Origin: Octopus bimaculoides
Lineage: Eukaryota
Assembly: GCF_001194135.2 (NCBI RefSeq)
Contig: NC_068984.1
Location: forward strand, 12,003,872-12,067,871
DNA length: 64,000 nt
Direction: 5' to 3'
The notes below the pieces were generated by a model that was given only the letters and a program-made list of their open reading frames with translations, was not told the DNA's origin and did no database searches. Within the stretch, counting starts at the first letter, position 1. Each line of letters opens with the position of its first letter. This document shows, piece by piece, positions 62,831 through 64,000 of the stretch. The position numbers and the translations under genes are program-made.

Positions 62831-63389
62831 GGGGAGATGGAGAGGAGATGTAGTGACTGGGCTCAGAGAGAGGGAAGGGGATGATAATTGGAGGGATATG
62901 TTGTGGGGGCGCTGATTCAACAGGGACAAATTGCATGCAGGTAGGTTCACAAGGGAGAGAGGCAGACAAAGTGGAAGGGAGGAGAATACAGCAAGTAGTG
63001 TGCATGGGTGGGGGAAAGAGTAGGTACCAGGGTGAAGGTGGTTTGTGGGGTAGAGGTTTGTTAGGGACAGATTGTATGTAGAGTGGTGGTGGTCAGGGAC
63101 AGATTCTGCACATCATCATTATCATCATCATCATCAACAACACCACCACCACCACTACCATCACCACAATCATCATCACCGTTGTTGAATTAATGTCCAT
63201 TTTTCTATGCTTGCAGGGGCCAGACAGATTTTGTTGAGGCAGGTTTTCCTGTCACTAACCCTCACTTGTTTCCAAGCAAGGTGATGCTTCCCCATGGCTA
63301 GATATGTCTTCACAAAATACTGGAAATGAAGGACTCCACTTGTATGATGGTCATACTCATAACAATCACATACTATCAAGACAAGGAAA

Positions 63390-63570
63390 CACAAGCGCAC
63401 GCACACACACACACACACACAAAGAGGTTTCTTTCAGTTTCCATTTGCCAAATCTACTCACGAATCTTTGGTCAGCTTGAGGGCTATTGTAGAAAACACT
63501 TACCCAAGGTGCTATGCAGTGGGATTGAAACCAGAACTTAGGAGGCAAACTTCTTAACCACACAGCCTCA
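63390..63570 (-). mobile_element. SINE family C, 5' half
   Basis: CTTTCAGTTTCC..CACTTACCCAAGGTGC..CTTCTTAACCACACAGCC. Confidence 0.75.
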
Positions 63571-63657
63571 GTGTAATAATAATAATTCTAGTTAGCATAG
63601 AACAGAGAGAAGGGGTGGGGGTTGACAGAAACAGTAGAATATGAAAATAATACCCTA

Positions 63658-64000
63658 CGATCATCATCATCATCATCATCGTTTAAGGTCCACTTTCCAT
63701 GCTAGCATGGGTTGGACGATTTGACTGAGGACTGGTGAAACCGGATGGCAACACCAGGCTCCAGTCTAAATTTGGCAGAGTTTCTACAGCTGGATGCCCT
63801 TCCTAACGCCAACCACTCAGAGAGTGTAGTAGGTGCTTTTATGTGTCACCCGCACGAAGGCCAGTCAGGCGATACTGGCAATGACCACGCTCGAAATGGT
63901 GTCTTTTCTGTGCCACCCGCACAAGAGCCAGTCCAGGGGCACTGGCAACGATCTCGCTCAAAAATCCTACGAAGGCCAGTCAGGCGGTACTGGCAACGGC
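63658..64000 (-). mobile_element. Family A repeat, young, running off the window
   Basis: (CAT)n-CGTTTAAGGTCCACTTTCCATGC..; repeated GCCAGTCAGGCG..ACTGGCAA units. Confidence 0.9.

Overview
AT-rich, repeat-dense animal genomic DNA with four assembly gaps. The SINE/RTE repertoire, microsatellite load and gap pattern suggest an octopus (coleoid cephalopod) scaffold; this is inference, not checked. No intact, recognisable host protein-coding gene is visible, and almost all listed ORFs come from microsatellites, N-gaps or decayed transposons. The window holds decayed LINEs (RTE/BovB-like, CR1-like), DNA transposons (Tc1, mariner, maT-like, hAT and hAT MITEs), a Gypsy gag-protease remnant, a solo LTR with an intact TSD, two long foldback elements, two Penelope-like 3' ends and dozens of copies of four short repeat families. 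CpG-retaining islands (about 1-2 kb, 11.4-12.4 kb, 24-30 kb) carry promoter motifs and splice donors, which implies host genes with tiny exons among the repeats. A four-exon, phase-consistent candidate CDS is proposed at low confidence. The most notable observations are an RTE LINE ending in three C2H2 zinc fingers, minimal hammerhead-like motifs in the Penelope-like ends, and a solo LTR carrying NRF1/ETS/CRE motifs plus an 80-bp tandem array. All coordinates were read by eye; repeat boundaries are approximate unless a TSD or TIR is quoted.
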